The notes below the pieces were generated by a model. That model had not been told where the DNA came from. It worked only from the letters and a program-made list of their open reading frames with translations, and did no database searches. DNA of 53,242 nt. Source: a virus. Taxonomy: Duplodnaviria; Caudoviricetes. Each line of letters starts with the position of its first letter. The first letter of the stretch is position 1. Position numbers and translations under genes: made by a program. The stretch is from the IMG/VR virus record IMGVR_UViG_3300017788_000033, positions 1 to 53,242 of that record. One strand, written 5' to 3'. Positions 53,205-53,242 of the stretch are shown here, in pieces.

Positions 53205-53242
53205 ATGAATCCTTCCGACATAGAACTTTCAGATATTAACAA
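53205..53242 (+). CDS. 5' end of the next gene (partial)
   Basis: ATG 53205, MNPSDIELSDIN..., open to the window end. Confidence 0.55.
   Translation, partial: MNPSDIELSDIN

Overview
This window is part of a T4-like cyanomyophage (Kyanoviridae-type) genome, with essentially all genes on the + strand. It opens with three small, relatively GC-rich ORFs and a ~230-nt structured non-coding element (770-1000). An AT-rich accessory cluster follows: a probably truncated HxD oxygenase-like ORF, two glycosyltransferase-like genes, a DUF1415-like gene and several small ORFs. The rest is the tail/neck/packaging module: gp25, gp6, a 4890-aa gp7-like protein, gp8, a VrlC/DUF4815-like protein, accessory structural proteins, a 2699-aa tail fibre with an S74 chaperone, gp13, gp14, gp15, gp16 and a modular protein downstream of gp16. 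Late-promoter-like (T)ATAAATA/CTAAATA boxes precede many genes. The most striking feature is a recursive 'Russian-doll' domain architecture. A ~95-110-aa beta domain is inserted into the same loop of copies of itself: four levels deep in gp7 and three deep in the tail fibre. One recognisable copy sits in different host copies in the two genes. A second, unrelated domain appears to be nested four deep in the tail fibre N-terminus. All family assignments come from motif recognition by eye, not database searches.
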